Source: Eledone cirrhosa (lineage: Eukaryota). From it: a DNA stretch of 64,000 nt. Under the pieces are notes generated by a model. That model saw only the letters and a list, made by a program, of their open reading frames with translations, was not told where the DNA came from and made no database searches. Positions 43,226 through 59,300 of this stretch are shown piece by piece (position 1 is the first letter of the stretch; each line of letters starts with the position of its first letter). Location of the stretch: the NCBI GenBank assembly GCA_964016885.1, contig OZ024741.1:130262001-130326000 (forward strand). Direction: 5' to 3'. The position numbers and the translations under genes were made by a program.

Positions 43226-43628
43226 GTTAACAAACGATGCAGCAACACACGCACACACACACACAAACGAGACAACTACACACGCACACGCACACACACA
43301 CAGTAGCATTCCACCATACGAACATACTACACTGCCAGTACAGAGGAACAAGGCAACAACACACGCACACACACACACACACACACTCAAGCTAGACAAC
43401 AACACACGCACACACACACACACACTAACATTTAACAAACAGGCGGAGAATGGACTGACAGCTAGCGCCACCCCACTCCCACATTCGGCCGCTGACCTCT
43501 GCCCGACCGATCCCATTTCACGCGCACGCGCGCTCTGCTGAATACATCAGATATTCAAAACAACAAACAGCGGAGGACGCGTTTCGCAACTTTCCGACAG
43601 ACAACCTTTCCACCACCCCGGAAAAAAA

Positions 43629-43664
43629 CCCCAGTTGATGGATGTGAATCCGAAATATATAGGG
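43629..43664 (+). ncRNA. Minimal hammerhead-like motif with non-canonical core
   Basis: ccc-CAGTTGA-t-ggat(gtga)atcc-GAAA-tata-TA-ggg. Stem I, stem II and a palindromic mini stem III are all present, and the core differs from CUGAUGA at two positions. Confidence 0.55.
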
Positions 43665-44018
43665 ACAATTAAATCTCTCCCAAGGTAACTCTCTCTCGTC
43701 GTGTTGTTATTTTTATTTTATCCTTTATACTCTTCCCTTCTTTCTTCTACACATTTACACATCTTTACACACCACGCATCTCAACGTACACCCACTTACA
43801 TCTCTCTCTCCACCACCGGATCTTGTTACCCGGAGATTTACACATTTGCATTGTCGAGGCTTCCAAACGACTTAAAGATATTTACCATATATATATATAT
43901 ATTATATATATATACACACATATATATATATACATATATATATACACACACATATATATATATATATATATAATATATATACACACATATATATATATAT
44001 ATACATATATATATACAC

Positions 44019-44149
<131 letters not shown>

Positions 44150-44280
44150 TATATACATATATATATATAATATATATATATACATATATATATATACATA
44201 TATATATATAATATATATATATATACATATATATATATACATATATATATATACATATATATATATACTATATATATATA

Positions 44281-45000
44281 TAAGTATGTACACGTACATA
44301 CATATATGTATACAGACTTACAGTAGTATGTATGTATATATACATACATGCACACATATATATATATGCACGTATGGATTCACCGAACATTTACACATAT
44401 ATATATATAATAAATGTTCGTTGAATCCATACGTGCATATATATATGTGTGCATGTATGTATATATACATACATACTACTGTACGTCTGTATACATATAT
44501 GTATGTACGTGTACATACTTATATTTAAGTAACAGCCGTACTAAGAGTGGGAAATGAAATATCGTTTCGTTTTTCCGTTTATCGTTTTCGGTGCACCCGG
44601 CCGATTAACCCACTCGATATGCATATTGGGCTACTCAGACGTTAATATGCATAAGGTAAGTATATACATTCAACAATCGGGCAGGAAGGTATACGTTTCT
44701 GACGATAGCTAACAAGCTTGAAACTAGGACAGCGTTCCTTTGTCAGTGTTGAACAAACGAGCAACGGTGGTTGCTAGACACTACGTCTTAATACGGGATG
44801 TTTGTTTACAAACACACCGAGCATTATAATAAATGTTCGGTGAATCCATACGTGCATATATATATGTGTGCATGTATGTATATATACATACATACTACTG
44901 TACGTCTGTATACATATACGTATGTACGTGTACATACTTATATTTAAGTAACAGCCGTACTAAGAGTGGGAAATGAAATATCGTTTCGTTTTTCCGTTTA
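44281..45000 (+). mobile_element. Non-coding HHR-bearing element: 1.4 tandem units of 419 nt plus an inverted 5' duplication
   Basis: 44408-44581 is repeated at 44827-45000 (period 419). 44281-44393 is inverted relative to 44411-44521. Embedded in (TA)n. Confidence 0.85.
44693..44735 (+). ncRNA. Minimal type I hammerhead ribozyme, degenerate copy
   Basis: acgttt-CTGACGA-t-agct(aaca)agct-t-GAAA-ctag-ga-cagcgt. The other copy reads GAAAcgagTAcatcgt, so the consensus suggests a GUA cleavage site. Confidence 0.6.
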
Positions 45001-45025
45001 TATATATACATATATATATATATAT

Positions 45026-45409
<384 letters not shown>

Positions 45410-45453
45410 TATGAAAATAAAGCAAAGAAGCCTTCAATACATCAAAAGTCTTT

Positions 45454-45498
45454 ATTAGCCAACAATGTTTCGTCCTATTAAGGACTCATCAGGGCAAT
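45454..45498 (-). ncRNA. Minimal type I hammerhead ribozyme (canonical core)
   Basis: Minus strand attgcc-CTGATGA-gtcc(ttaata)ggac-GAAAC-att-GTT-ggctaat, overlapping AATAAA. Confidence 0.9.
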
Positions 45499-46359
45499 CA
45501 AAACCTCAAGAAGCACTATCGGCCAATACAAGCCGAAAACTCCGAAGAATATGGAGTGTACATACACTAAAGTATTGGAAGATTATGGGTAAAAATATAT
45601 AATAAAAATCACTAAGGAGGTGAATAACATTTTGAACCATATTACAAATATAGTCCAAAGCAAAAAAACTAGAGCTAAACAAAGGTGGTTATATAGAGCG
45701 GGAATTATAGTACAATATGTAATACAATATATAATATAATATACTTATAACAATATTAAAATTAAAATTAAAAGGCACAATATACATATGTATATATATA
45801 CGCACACGTACGCACATATACATATACATCAATACACATTTCCATCATTAACAGCACAAATTAAACCTTATTAAGAGTTTAAATATAAATAAGCATAATA
45901 GGAATAAAAATAAAAATAATACGTATATCCAATATACAGTATAACATGAAGTAATGAAATGATTAAAAGTAACACATATAATATATAATAAACTATATAA
46001 TTATATAATATATAATATAATCTAATAGATAATCTCCGGTTAATTTACACAAACAATACAGATGTCACAATAACACTATAATAATAATATAATAATATAT
46101 AATATATAATGGCATGTAAGTTAACAAATCAATTCATATAGAGTTACAGAGTAGGTGAGAAAAAAAATATAAATTGTACAATACCCAAAATTATGATGGT
46201 ACAAAAATATAAACATCTTACATGATATATAAAATATAACATATCATAATGGTACATAAAATCATCGGTAAGTAATAAGGATCAATAGTACATTTACAAA
46301 GAGTTGAATAACAACTTCAATATAAAATAATGAACATAATATGATATATAATTACTTAA

Positions 46360-47387
46360 TATGATGCTTTTGCTAGATCTAATTCTAATAATGTTGTTTC
46401 TACTGATCCTATTATTGGCCCTAATCCTTTTGATAGGATTCCAGACAGCAGCAGATCTACTAGAGGTATAAACAGAGAGAGACTTAATGGAATTTCGGCT
46501 GATTCTAATAATGCGGTTTTAACTAATCCTTGTAGTAACCCTAGTCTTAATAATGGGATATCGGATAATGGTAGAGTCGGAAAGGATAACAATAGAAGGA
46601 GACTAAATACTTATTTTAACCCGCCCTATAATCAGAAGTATTAACTAATGTCCCTAGGTCTTTCTTTTCTATCTTAGAGAAAAATTTCCCCCCTTCTCAT
46701 AAATACCATAGTATTTTTAATAAAAATGTTATTAAACTTTCATTCTCTACCACCCCTAATATTAGTTCTCATTTAGCTAGCACTAACAATAGGAAAATTA
46801 GGGATGGATACTCCTCTCTACATACTACTAGTCTGAACAGATCTGCAAACGCCTTACCACCAGAGCAGACCTTATCTAATAGTAATCCTACGTGTAATGC
46901 ATCACTACTGCAGCCAATCAATAGCACCCGCAAGTGTAACTGTAGAGTGAGTGCTAACTGCCCTTTAAACGGTAACTGCCTCTCTAAGAACATCGTTTAT
47001 GCTTGCGTAGTTATAACTAATTCCTCTAATAGAACTTATATAGGCTCTACATCTAACACTTTTAAGACTAGGTTTAATTCTCATATCTCTAATTTCAAAC
47101 ATGTTAAGTTTAAGAATTATACTTCTTTAGCACACTATATCTGGGATCTTAAGGGGGCTAATATACCATATAGCCTTAATTGGCGTTTAGTAGCACGCTC
47201 TAATAACCTTTCTACACATACTAAATTTTGTAATCTCTGTATCCTCGAGACACACTCTATAATTTTCTCTAGTGAATCCTTACTTAATAGAAAGTCTGAG
47301 ATATTCTCTTCTTGTCCCCACGCTATTTCTAATTCTTACTTTTATTATAAACCTAAAGGTTCTAGTAGTGTAAATTGTATCCATTAG
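46360..47387 (+). pseudogene. PLE ORF 3' part: N/S-rich linker, YFNPPY region, Cys-rich motif and GIY-YIG endonuclease
   Basis: ...NRRRLNTYFNPPYNQ [frameshift near 46637] VLTNVPRSFFSILEKNFPPSHKYHSIFNKNVIKLSFS...CNCRVSANCPLNGNCLSKNIVYAC...YIGSTSNTFKTRFNSH...YIWDLK...CNLCILE...LLNRKSE...CPH. Confidence 0.9.
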
Positions 47388-49063
47388 CTGATATATTCCA
47401 TTACTTATTTTTTTAGTTTAGGTTCTTTTTGTTTACCACCATTATTATCATCATTATTATCATTGGTTTTCGACAACTTTTTATTCTAGCTCTCATAATC
47501 TTTTGGCTACTATACCATATCTATCTTCTTACACATTAAATTTTCACTATTAACACCTTATGAGTATATCTGATTATATATTTTATATTATTTTATTTCA
47601 TTTTATTTTATTTTATTTGGATTCTTCTTTGGATAACCCCCCCCCCCCCATGCACACATAAACTAATTGCTAACCCCTTCAAATATATTATGATTATATT
47701 TAATCCCCCCTTTTTTATGCTCCTTTCTATTATATAATACAGTATATTGATTATGATTTTATGCTCCTTTGTATCCCTCATACATTTCTTTTTTTCTGTC
47801 CCTATTAGCCTACCATAATTCTGCTTAAGTCAGTTTTTTAGATATCGTTATGTAAATGATAGTAGAATATTTCATTCCTTTATATATATATTTATAGTGA
47901 AATATTAATGTTTAGGGATTTTGATTACTTAAACCATAGCTAATATTGTATTGCCTTATTAGGTATTTTAAATATTTTCAATATTAATTTATCAAATAGG
48001 GTTTTCTAGTCATTTATCCGGGATGTTTCCTAAGTTTTTACTTAACTACATGGGAGACCTAAGTAAATACTTTTGTTTTTGTTTTTTGATTTCCGGTCGA
48101 TTTTATTTATTTATTTATTAATACTACTGTGCATAGTATTTTCTGTCTGGCCCTTATTCACTCATTCACATGTGTCTGTTTACCAACCTTGTAATTATAA
48201 GTAATTATATATCATATTATGTTCATTATTTTATATTGAAGTTGTTATTCAACTCTTTGTAAATGTACTATTGATCCTTATTACTTACCGATGATTTTAT
48301 GTACCATTATGATATGTTATATTTTATATATCATGTAAGATGTTTATACTTTTGTAACATCATAATTTTGGATATTGTACAATTTATATTTTTTTTCTCA
48401 CCTACTCTGTAACTCTATATGAATTGATTTGTTAACTTACATGCCATTATATATTATATATTATTATATTATTATTATAGTGTTATTGTGACATCTGTAT
48501 TGTTTGTGTAAATTAACCGGAGATTATCTATTAGATTATATTATATATTATATAATTATATAGTTTATTATATATTATATGTGTTACTTTTAATCATTTC
48601 ATTACTTCATGTTATACTGTATATTGGATATACGTATTATTTTTATTTTTATTCCTATTATGCTTATTTATATTTAAACTCTTAATAAGGTTTAATTTGT
48701 GCTGTTAATGATGGAAATGTGTATTGATGTATATGTATATGTGCGTACGTGTGCGTATATATATACATATGTATATTGTGCCTTTTAATTTTAATTTTAA
48801 TTTTAATATTGTTATAAGTATATTATATTATATATTGTATTACATATTGTACTATAAGTCCCGCTCTATATAACCACCTTTGTTTAGCTCTAGTTTTTTT
48901 GCTTTGGACTATATTTGTAATATGGTTCAAAATGTTATCCACCTCCTTAGTGATTTTTATTATATATTTTTACCCATAATCTTCCAATACTTTAGTGTAT
49001 GTACACTCCATATTCTTCGGAGTTTTCGGCTTGTATTGGCCGAGAGTACTTCTTGAGGTTTTG

Positions 49064-49108
49064 ATTGCCCTGATGAGTCCTTAATAGGACAAAACATTGT
49101 TGGCTAAT
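49064..49108 (+). ncRNA. Hammerhead ribozyme copy with G12-to-A core mutation (probably inactive)
   Basis: Same as 45454-45498 except GGAC-AAAAC instead of GGAC-GAAAC (position 49091). Confidence 0.85.
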
Positions 49109-49251
49109 AAAGACTTTTGATGTATTGAAGGCTTCTTTGCTTTATTTTCATAATTCTTCGGCTCTGTTTAATTACATTGAGCTATACCTTTTACTGTCAT
49201 TTCTATAATACGAAGAGGGTGTTTAACTCGAAGACGCTCCAGTATTTTAAT

Positions 49252-49312
<61 letters not shown>

Positions 49313-50258
49313 GAAGTGGGAGACGTGTGGCGTAGTTCAAATGGTTGGGTGAGGAGAGAAAGGTGAGACAATTATGACAATCCTTTTTAAATAGACTAGA
49401 AAAGTTTATAGAATGGATCATTTGAAAATCGAACACATCTCGCATATTTTGTTTACCGGTGGTTTACTTTCATTCCATAACTATTTGGCTAGGATGGCAT
49501 TCAATCCTAGCACAATTGTAAATAAAGCCCTCCACATTTTACTCTCTCATCTGCTGTATCTATCCTAAATTGAAATAATTTTTTAACGTATTCTAATAAA
49601 CACAGAGGACATTCATACCAGTTTCCCCCTAAATAATTCACCACTCGTCAATGTATCTCTCACCACCCATAATTATATATACTACACACTTAATACCCAC
49701 TACCGATTACCCGGTTCTTAGTACTTAACAACATGCCAGGACTTTTTATCAAACCACATTCATTCCGAACACCATTTTCTCTACACATGACATAAAAAAT
49801 TAACAACCTCACCACAAACACACAAAACACATACAACTGATCATACCCCGACAATTCATCTCTCGCCACCCTTAATTACATGCTCTCTCTCTCTCATTCA
49901 TTCACCCGAATTCGTTAGTTGATTGCATTTTTTGTTCAACAGAAACATTTTGTTACATACAAGGTTTTGTTAACTGAAGCACTAAACTTTAAGGGTCATA
50001 CACCACAATTCATCTCTCGACACTCTTAATTGTGCTCTTTCCTTTCGTATCTGTCATTTTGCACAGAACAGTAAACCTAGTATTTCGTCTATGAAACAGA
50101 GTGTATATATTTGAATATATAAATCTATATTTCCTATATATGTGCATCTTTATATGTGCTTGCATGTCACACGTATTTCTTGTATAATTAACATTTTGGA
50201 TAGCTCGTTCCTTGCTTCTTATATTTTTTTTTTATTTCTCTACTATTTTCCTCTCTCA

Positions 50259-50341
<83 letters not shown>

Positions 50342-50391
50342 ATCTCTCTTTCTTTCTCTCTCACACTCACTGTTATGCTTTCTTCCTTCTC

Positions 50392-53300
50392 TCACACAAC
50401 ACTACACCACATACAAGGGGCCTTCACTGCCATACAACACTAGACCACACACAACAGGCCATCATTGCTACACAACACTACACCACACATAATAGACCTT
50501 CACTGTCACACAACACAACACCACATACAAGGGGCCTTCACTGCCATACAACACTAGACCACACACAACAGGCCTTCATTGCCACACAACACTACACCAC
50601 ACATAATAGACCTTCACTGCCACACAACACAACACCACATACAACAGGCCTTCACTGCCACACAACACTACACCACATACAAGAGGCCTTCACTGCCACA
50701 CAACACTACACCACACACAACAGGCCTTCACTGCCACACAACACTACACCACATACAACAGGCCTTCACTGCCACACAACACTACACCACACACAACAGG
50801 CCTTCACTGCCATACAACACTACACCACATACAACAGGCCTTCACTGCCACACAACACTACACCACATACAAGAGGCCTTCACTGCCACACAACACTACA
50901 CCACATACAACAGGCCTTCACTGCCATACAACACTACACCACATACAACAGGCCTTCACTGCCACACAACACTACACCACATACAAGAGGCCTTCACTGC
51001 CACACAACACTACACCACATACAAGAGGCCTTCACTGCCACACAACACAACACCACATACAACAGACCCTCACTGCCATACAACACTACACCACATACAA
51101 CAGACCCTCACTGCCACACAACACTACACCACACACAACAGACCTTCACTGCGACACAACACTACACCACACACAACAGGCCTTCGCTGCCACACAACAC
51201 TACACCACATACAAGATGCCTTCACTGCCACACAACACTACACCACATACAACAGGCCTTCACTGCCACACAACACTACACCACATAAAAGAGGCCTTCA
51301 CTGCCACACAACACTACACCACACACAACAGGCCTTCACTGCCATACAACACTACACCACATACAACAGGCCTTCACTGCCACACAACACTACACCACAT
51401 ACAACAGGCCTTCACTGCCACACAACACTACACCACATACAACAGGCCTTCACTGCCACACAACACAACACCACATACAACAGACCCTCACTGCCATACA
51501 ACACTACACCACATACAACAGACCCTCACTGCCACACAACACTACACCACACACAACAGACCTTCACTGCCACACAACACTACACCACACACAGCAGGCC
51601 TTCACTGCCACACAACACTACACCACATACAAAATGCCTTCACTGCCACACAACACTACACCACATACAACAGGCCTTCACTGCCACACAACACTACACC
51701 ACATACAACAGACCTTCACTGCCACACAACACTACACCACACACAACAGGCCTTCACTGCCACACAACACTACACCACATACAACAGGCCTTCACTGCCA
51801 CACAACACTACACCACATACAAGAGGCCTTCACTGCCACACAACACTACACCACATACAACAGGCCTTCACTGCCACACAACACTACACCACATACAACA
51901 GGCCTTCACTGCCACACAACACTACACCACATACAACAGACCCTCACTGCCACACAACACTACACCGCATACAACAGGCCTTCACTGCCATACAACACTA
52001 CACCACATACAACAGGCCTTCACTGCCACACAACACTACACCACATACAACAGGCCTTCACTGCCACACAACACTACACCGCATACAACAGGCCTTCACT
52101 GCCACACAACACTACACCACACACAGCAGGCCTTCACTGCCACACAACACTACACCACACACAACAGACCTTCACTGCGACACAACACTACACCACACAC
52201 AACAGGCCTTCGCTGCCACACAACACTACACCACATACAAGATGCCTTCACTGCCACACAACACTACACCACATACAACAGGCCTTCACTGCCACACAAC
52301 ACTACACCACATAAAAGAGGCCTTCACTGCCACACAACACTACACCACACACAACAGGCCTTCACTGCCATACAACACTACACCACATACAACAGGCCTT
52401 CACTGCCACACAACACTACACCACATACAACAGGCCTTCACTGCCACACAACACTACACCACATACAACAGACCCTCACTGCCACACAACACTACACCGC
52501 ATACAACAGACCCTCACTGCCACACAACACTACACCGCATACAACAGGCCTTCACTGCCATACAACACTACACCACATACAACAGGCCTTCACTGCCACA
52601 CAACACTACACCACATACAACAGGCCTTCACTGCCACACAACACTACACCGCATACAACAGGCCTTCACTGCCACACAACACTACACCACACACAACAGA
52701 CCTTCACTGCGACACAACACTACACCACACACAACAGGCCTTCGCTGCCACACAACACTACACCACATACAAGATGCCTTCACTGCCACACAACACTACA
52801 CCACATACAACAGGCCTTCACTGCCACACAACACTACACCACATAAAAGAGGCCTTCACTGCCACACAACACTACACCACACACAACAGGCCTTCACTGC
52901 CATACAACACTACACCACATACAACAGGCCTTCACTGCCACACAACACTACACCACATACAACAGGCCTTCACTGCCACACAACACTACACCACATACAA
53001 CAGGCCTTCACTGCCACACAACACAACACCACATACAACAGACCCTCACTGCCATACAACACTACACCACATACAACAGACCCTCACTGCCACACAACAC
53101 TACACCACACACAACAGACCTTCACTGCCACACAACACTACACCACACACAGCAGGCCTTCACTGCCACACAACACTACACCACATACAAGATGCCTTCA
53201 CTGCCACACAACACTACACCACATACAACAGGCCTTCACTGCCACACAACACTACACCACATACAACAGACCTTCACTGCCACACAACACTACACCACAC

Positions 53301-56300
53301 ACAACAGGCCTTCACTGCCACACAACACTACACCACATACAACAGGCCTTCACTGCCACACAACACTACACCACATACAAGAGGCCTTCACTGCCACACA
53401 ACACTACACCACATACAACAGGCCTTCACTGCCACACAACACTACACCACATACAACAGGCCTTCACTGCCACACAACACTACACCACATACAACAGGCC
53501 TTCACTGCCACACAACACTACACCACATACAACAGACCCTCACTGCCACACAACACTACACCGCATACAACAGGCCTTCACTGCCATACAACACAACACC
53601 ACATACAACAGGCCTTCACTGCCACACAACACTACACCACATACAACAGGCCTTCACTGCCACACAACACTACACCGCATACAACAGGCCTTCACTGCCA
53701 CACAACACTACACCACATACAACAGGCCTTCACTGCCATACAACACTACACCACATACAACAGACCCTCACTGCCATAAAACACTACACCACATACAACA
53801 GACTCTCACTGCCACACAACACTACACCACATACAACAGACCCTCACTGCCACACAACACTACACCACATACAACAGGCCTTCACTGCCACACAACACTA
53901 CACCACATACAACAGACCCTCACCGCCACACAACACTACACCACATACAACAGACCCTCACTGCCACACAACACTACACCACATACAACAGGCCTTCACT
54001 GCCATACAACACTACACCACATACAACAGGCCTTCACTGCCACACAACACTACACCACATACAACAGACACTCACTGCCACATAACACTACACCACATAC
54101 AAGATGCCTTCACTGCCACACATCACTACACAACACATAATAGACCTTCACTGCCACACAACACTACACCACATACAAGATGCCTTCACTGCCACACAAC
54201 ACTACACCACATACAACAGGCCTTCACTGACATACAACACTACACCACATACAACAGGCCTTCACTGCCACACAACACTACACCACATACAACAGGCCTT
54301 CACTGCCACACAACACTACACCACATACAAGATGCCTTCACTGCCACACTACACTACACCACATACAACAGACCCTCACTGCCACACAACACTACACCAC
54401 ATACAACAGGCCTTCAGTGCCACACAACACTACACCACATACAAGATGCCTTCACTGCCACACAACACTACACCACATACAACAGACCTTCACTGCCACA
54501 CAACACTACACCACATACAACAGGCCTTCACTGCCACACAACACTACACCACATACAACAGGCCTTCACTGCCACACAATACTACATCACATACAACAGG
54601 CCTTCACTGCCACACAACACTACACCACATACAAGATGCCTTCACTGCCACACAACACTACACCACACACAACAGACCTTCACTGCCATACAACACTACA
54701 CCACATACAACAGGCCTTCACTGCCACACAACACTACACCACATACAACAGACCCTCACTGCCACACAACACTACACCACATACAAGATGCCTTCACTGC
54801 CACACAACACTACACCACACATAATAGACCTTCACTGCCACACAACACTACACCACATAAAACAGGCCTTCACTGCCACACAACACTACACCACACACAA
54901 CAGGCCTTCACTGCCACACAACACTACACCACATACAACAGGCCTTCACTGCCACACAACACTACACCACACACAACAGGCCTTCACTGCCACACAACAC
55001 TACACCACATACAAGATGCTTTCACTGCCACACAACACTACACCACACATAATAGACCTTCACTGCCACACAACACTACACCACACATAGTAGACCTTCA
55101 CTGCCACACAACACTACACCACATACAACAGGCCTTCACTGCCACACAACACTACACCACATACAAGAGGCCTTCACTGCCACACAACACTACACCACAT
55201 ACAACAGGCCTTCACTGCCACACAACACTACACCACACACAACAGGCCTTCACTGCCACACAACACTACACCACATACAACAGGCCTTCACTGTAACACA
55301 ACACTACACCACACACAACAGGCCTTCACTGCCACACAACACTACACCACATACAAGATGCCTTCACTGCCACACAACATTACACCACATACAACAGACC
55401 TTCACTGCCACACAACACTACACCACACATAATAGACCTTCACTGCCACACAACACTACACCACACACAACAGGCCTTCACTGCCACACAACACTACACC
55501 ACACATAATAGGCCTTCACTGCCACACAACACTACACCACATACAACAGGCCTTCACTGCCACACAACACTACACCACATACAACAGACCCTCACTGCCA
55601 CACAACACAACACCACATACAACAGACCCTCACTGCCACACAACACTACACCACATACAACAGGCCTTCACTGCCACACAACACTACACCACATACAACA
55701 GACCCTCACTGCCACACAACACTACACCACATACAACAGACCCTCACTGCCACACAACACAACACCACATACAACAGACCCTCACTGCCACACAACACTA
55801 CACCACATACAAGATGTCTTCACTGCCACACAACACTACACCACACATAATAGACCTTCACTGCCACACAACACTACACCACATACAACAGGCCTTCACT
55901 GTCACACTACACTACACCACATACAACAGACCCTCACTGCCACACAACACTACACCACATACAACTGGCCTTCACTGCCACACAACACTACACCACATAC
56001 AATAGACCTTCACTGCCACACAACACTACACCACATACAACAGGCCTTCACTGCCACACAACACTACACCATACACAACAGGCCTTCACTGCCACACAAC
56101 ACTACACCACACATAATAGACCTTCACTGCCATACACCACTACACCACATACAAGATGCCTTCACTGCCACACTACACTACACCACATACAACAGACCCT
56201 CACTGCCACACAACACTACACCACATACAACAGGCCTTCACTGCCACACAACACTACACCACATACAACAGACCTTCACTGCCACACAACACTACACCAC

Positions 56301-59300
56301 ATACAAGAGGCCTTCACTGCCACACAACACTACACCACATACAACAGGCCTTCACTGCCACACAACACTACACCACATACAACAGGCCTTCACTGCCACA
56401 CAACACTACACCACATACAAGATGCCTTCACTGCCACACAACACTACACCACATACAACAGGCCTTCACTGCCATACAACACTACACCACATACAACAGG
56501 CCTTCACTGCCACACAACACTACACCACATACAACAGACCCTCACTGCCACACAACACTACACCACATACAAAATGCCTTCACTGCCACACAACACTAAA
56601 CCACACATAATAGACCTTCACTGCCACACAACACTACACCACATAAAACAGGCCTTCACTGCCACACAACACTACACCACACACAGCAGGCCTTCACTGC
56701 CACACAACACTACACCACATACAACAGGCCTTCACTGCCACACAACACTACACCACACACAACAGGCCTTCACTGCCACACAACACTACACCACATACAA
56801 GGTGCCTTCACTGCCACACAACACTACACCACACATAATAGACCTTCACTGCCACACAACACTACACCACATACAACAGGCCTTCACTGCCACACAACAC
56901 TACACCACATACAACAGGCCTTCACTGCCACACAGCACTACACCACATACAACAGGCCTTCACTGCCACACAACACTACACCACACACAACAGGCCTTCA
57001 CTGCCACACAACACTACACCACATACAACAGGCCTTCACTGTAACACAACACTACACCACACACAACAGGCCTTCACTGCCACACAACACTACACCACAT
57101 ACAACAGACCTTCACTGCCACACAACACTACACCACACATAATAGACCTTCACTGCCACACAACACTACACCATATACAACGGGCCTTCACTGCCACACA
57201 ACACTACACCACACATAATAGACCTTCACTGCCACACAACACTACACCACATACAACAGGCCTTCACTGCCACACAACACTACACCACACACAACAGGCC
57301 TTCACTGCCACACAACACTACACCACACACAACAGGCCTTCACTGCCACACAACACTACACCACACACAACAGGGCTTCACTGCCACACAACACTACACC
57401 ACATACAAGATGCCTTCACTGCCACACAACACTACACCACACACAACAGACCTTCACTGCCACACAACACTACACCACACATAATAGACCTTCACTGCCA
57501 CACAACACTACACCACACACAACAGACCTTCACTGCCATACAACACTACACCACATACAACAGACCTTCACTGCCACACAACACTACACCACACACAACA
57601 GACCTTCACTGCCACACAACACTACACCACATACAACAGACCTTCACTGCCACACAACACTACACCACATACAACAGGCCTTCACTGCCATACAACACTA
57701 CACCACATACAAGAGACCTTCACTGCCACACAACACTACACCACATACAACAGACCCTCACTGCCACACAACACTACACCACATACAACAGGCCTTCACT
57801 GCCATACAACACTACACCACATACAAGAGACCTTCACTGCCACACAACACTACACCACACACAACAGGCCATCATTGCCACACAACACTACACCACACAT
57901 AATAGACCTTCACTGCCACACAACACAACACCACATACAAGGGGCCTTCACTGCCATACAACACTAGACCACACACAACAGGCCTTCATTGCCACACAAC
58001 ACTACACCACACATAATAGACCTTCACTGCCACACAACACAACACCACATACAACAGGCCTTCACTGCCACACAACAATACACCACATACAAGAGGCCTT
58101 CACTGCCACACAACACTACACCACACACAACAGGCCTTCACTGCCATACAACACTACACCACATACAACAGGCCTTCACTGCCACACAACACTACATACA
58201 ACAGGCCTTCACTGCCACACAACACTACACCACGTACAAGAGCCTTCACTGCCATACAACACAACACCACATACAACAGACCCTCACTGCCATACAACAC
58301 TACACCACATACAACAGACCCTCACTGCCACACAACACTACACCACACACAACAGATTCTCTGCCTCACAACACTACACCACACACAACAGGCCTTCGCT
58401 GCCACACAACACTACACCACATACAAGATGCCTTCACTGCCACACAACACTACACCACATACAACAGGCCTTCACTGCCACACAACACTACACCACATAC
58501 AAGAGGCCTTCACTGCCACACAACACTACACCACATACAAGAGGCCTTCACTGCCATACAACACTACACCACATACAACAGACCCTCACTGCCACACAAC
58601 ACTACACCGCATACAACAGGCCTTCACTGCCATACAACACTACACCACACACAACAGACCTTCACTGCCACACAACACTACACCACATACAACAGGCTTT
58701 CACTGCCACACTAAACTACACCACATACAACAGACCCTCACTGCCACACAACACTACACCACATACAACAGGCTTTCACTGCCACACAACACTACACCAC
58801 ATACAATAGACCTTCACTGCCACACAACACTACACCACATACAACAGGCCTTCACTGCCACACAACACTACACCATACACAACAGGCCTTCACTGCCACA
58901 CAACACTACACCACACATAATAGACCTTCACTGCCATACAACACTACACCACATACAAGATGCCTTCACTGCCACACTACACTACACCACATACAACAGA
59001 CCCTCACTGCCACACAACACTACACCACATACAACAGGCCTTCACTGCCACACAACACTACACCACATACAACAGACCTTCACTGCCACACAACACTACA
59101 CCACATACAACAGGCCTTCACTGCCACACAACACTACACCACATACAACAGGCCTTCACTGCCACACAACACTACACCACATACAACAGGCCTTCACTGC
59201 CACACAACACTACACCACATACAAGATGCCTTCACTGCCACACAACACTACACCACACACAACAGACCTTCACTGCCATACAACACTACACCACATACAA

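Larger units (their letters stand above)
42740..43885 (+). mobile_element. 5'-truncated Penelope-like element (GIY-YIG plus 3' UTR/pLTR)
   Basis: GIY-YIG ORF followed by a ~660-bp UTR also found at 21592-22245. (TA)n on both sides. Confidence 0.9.
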
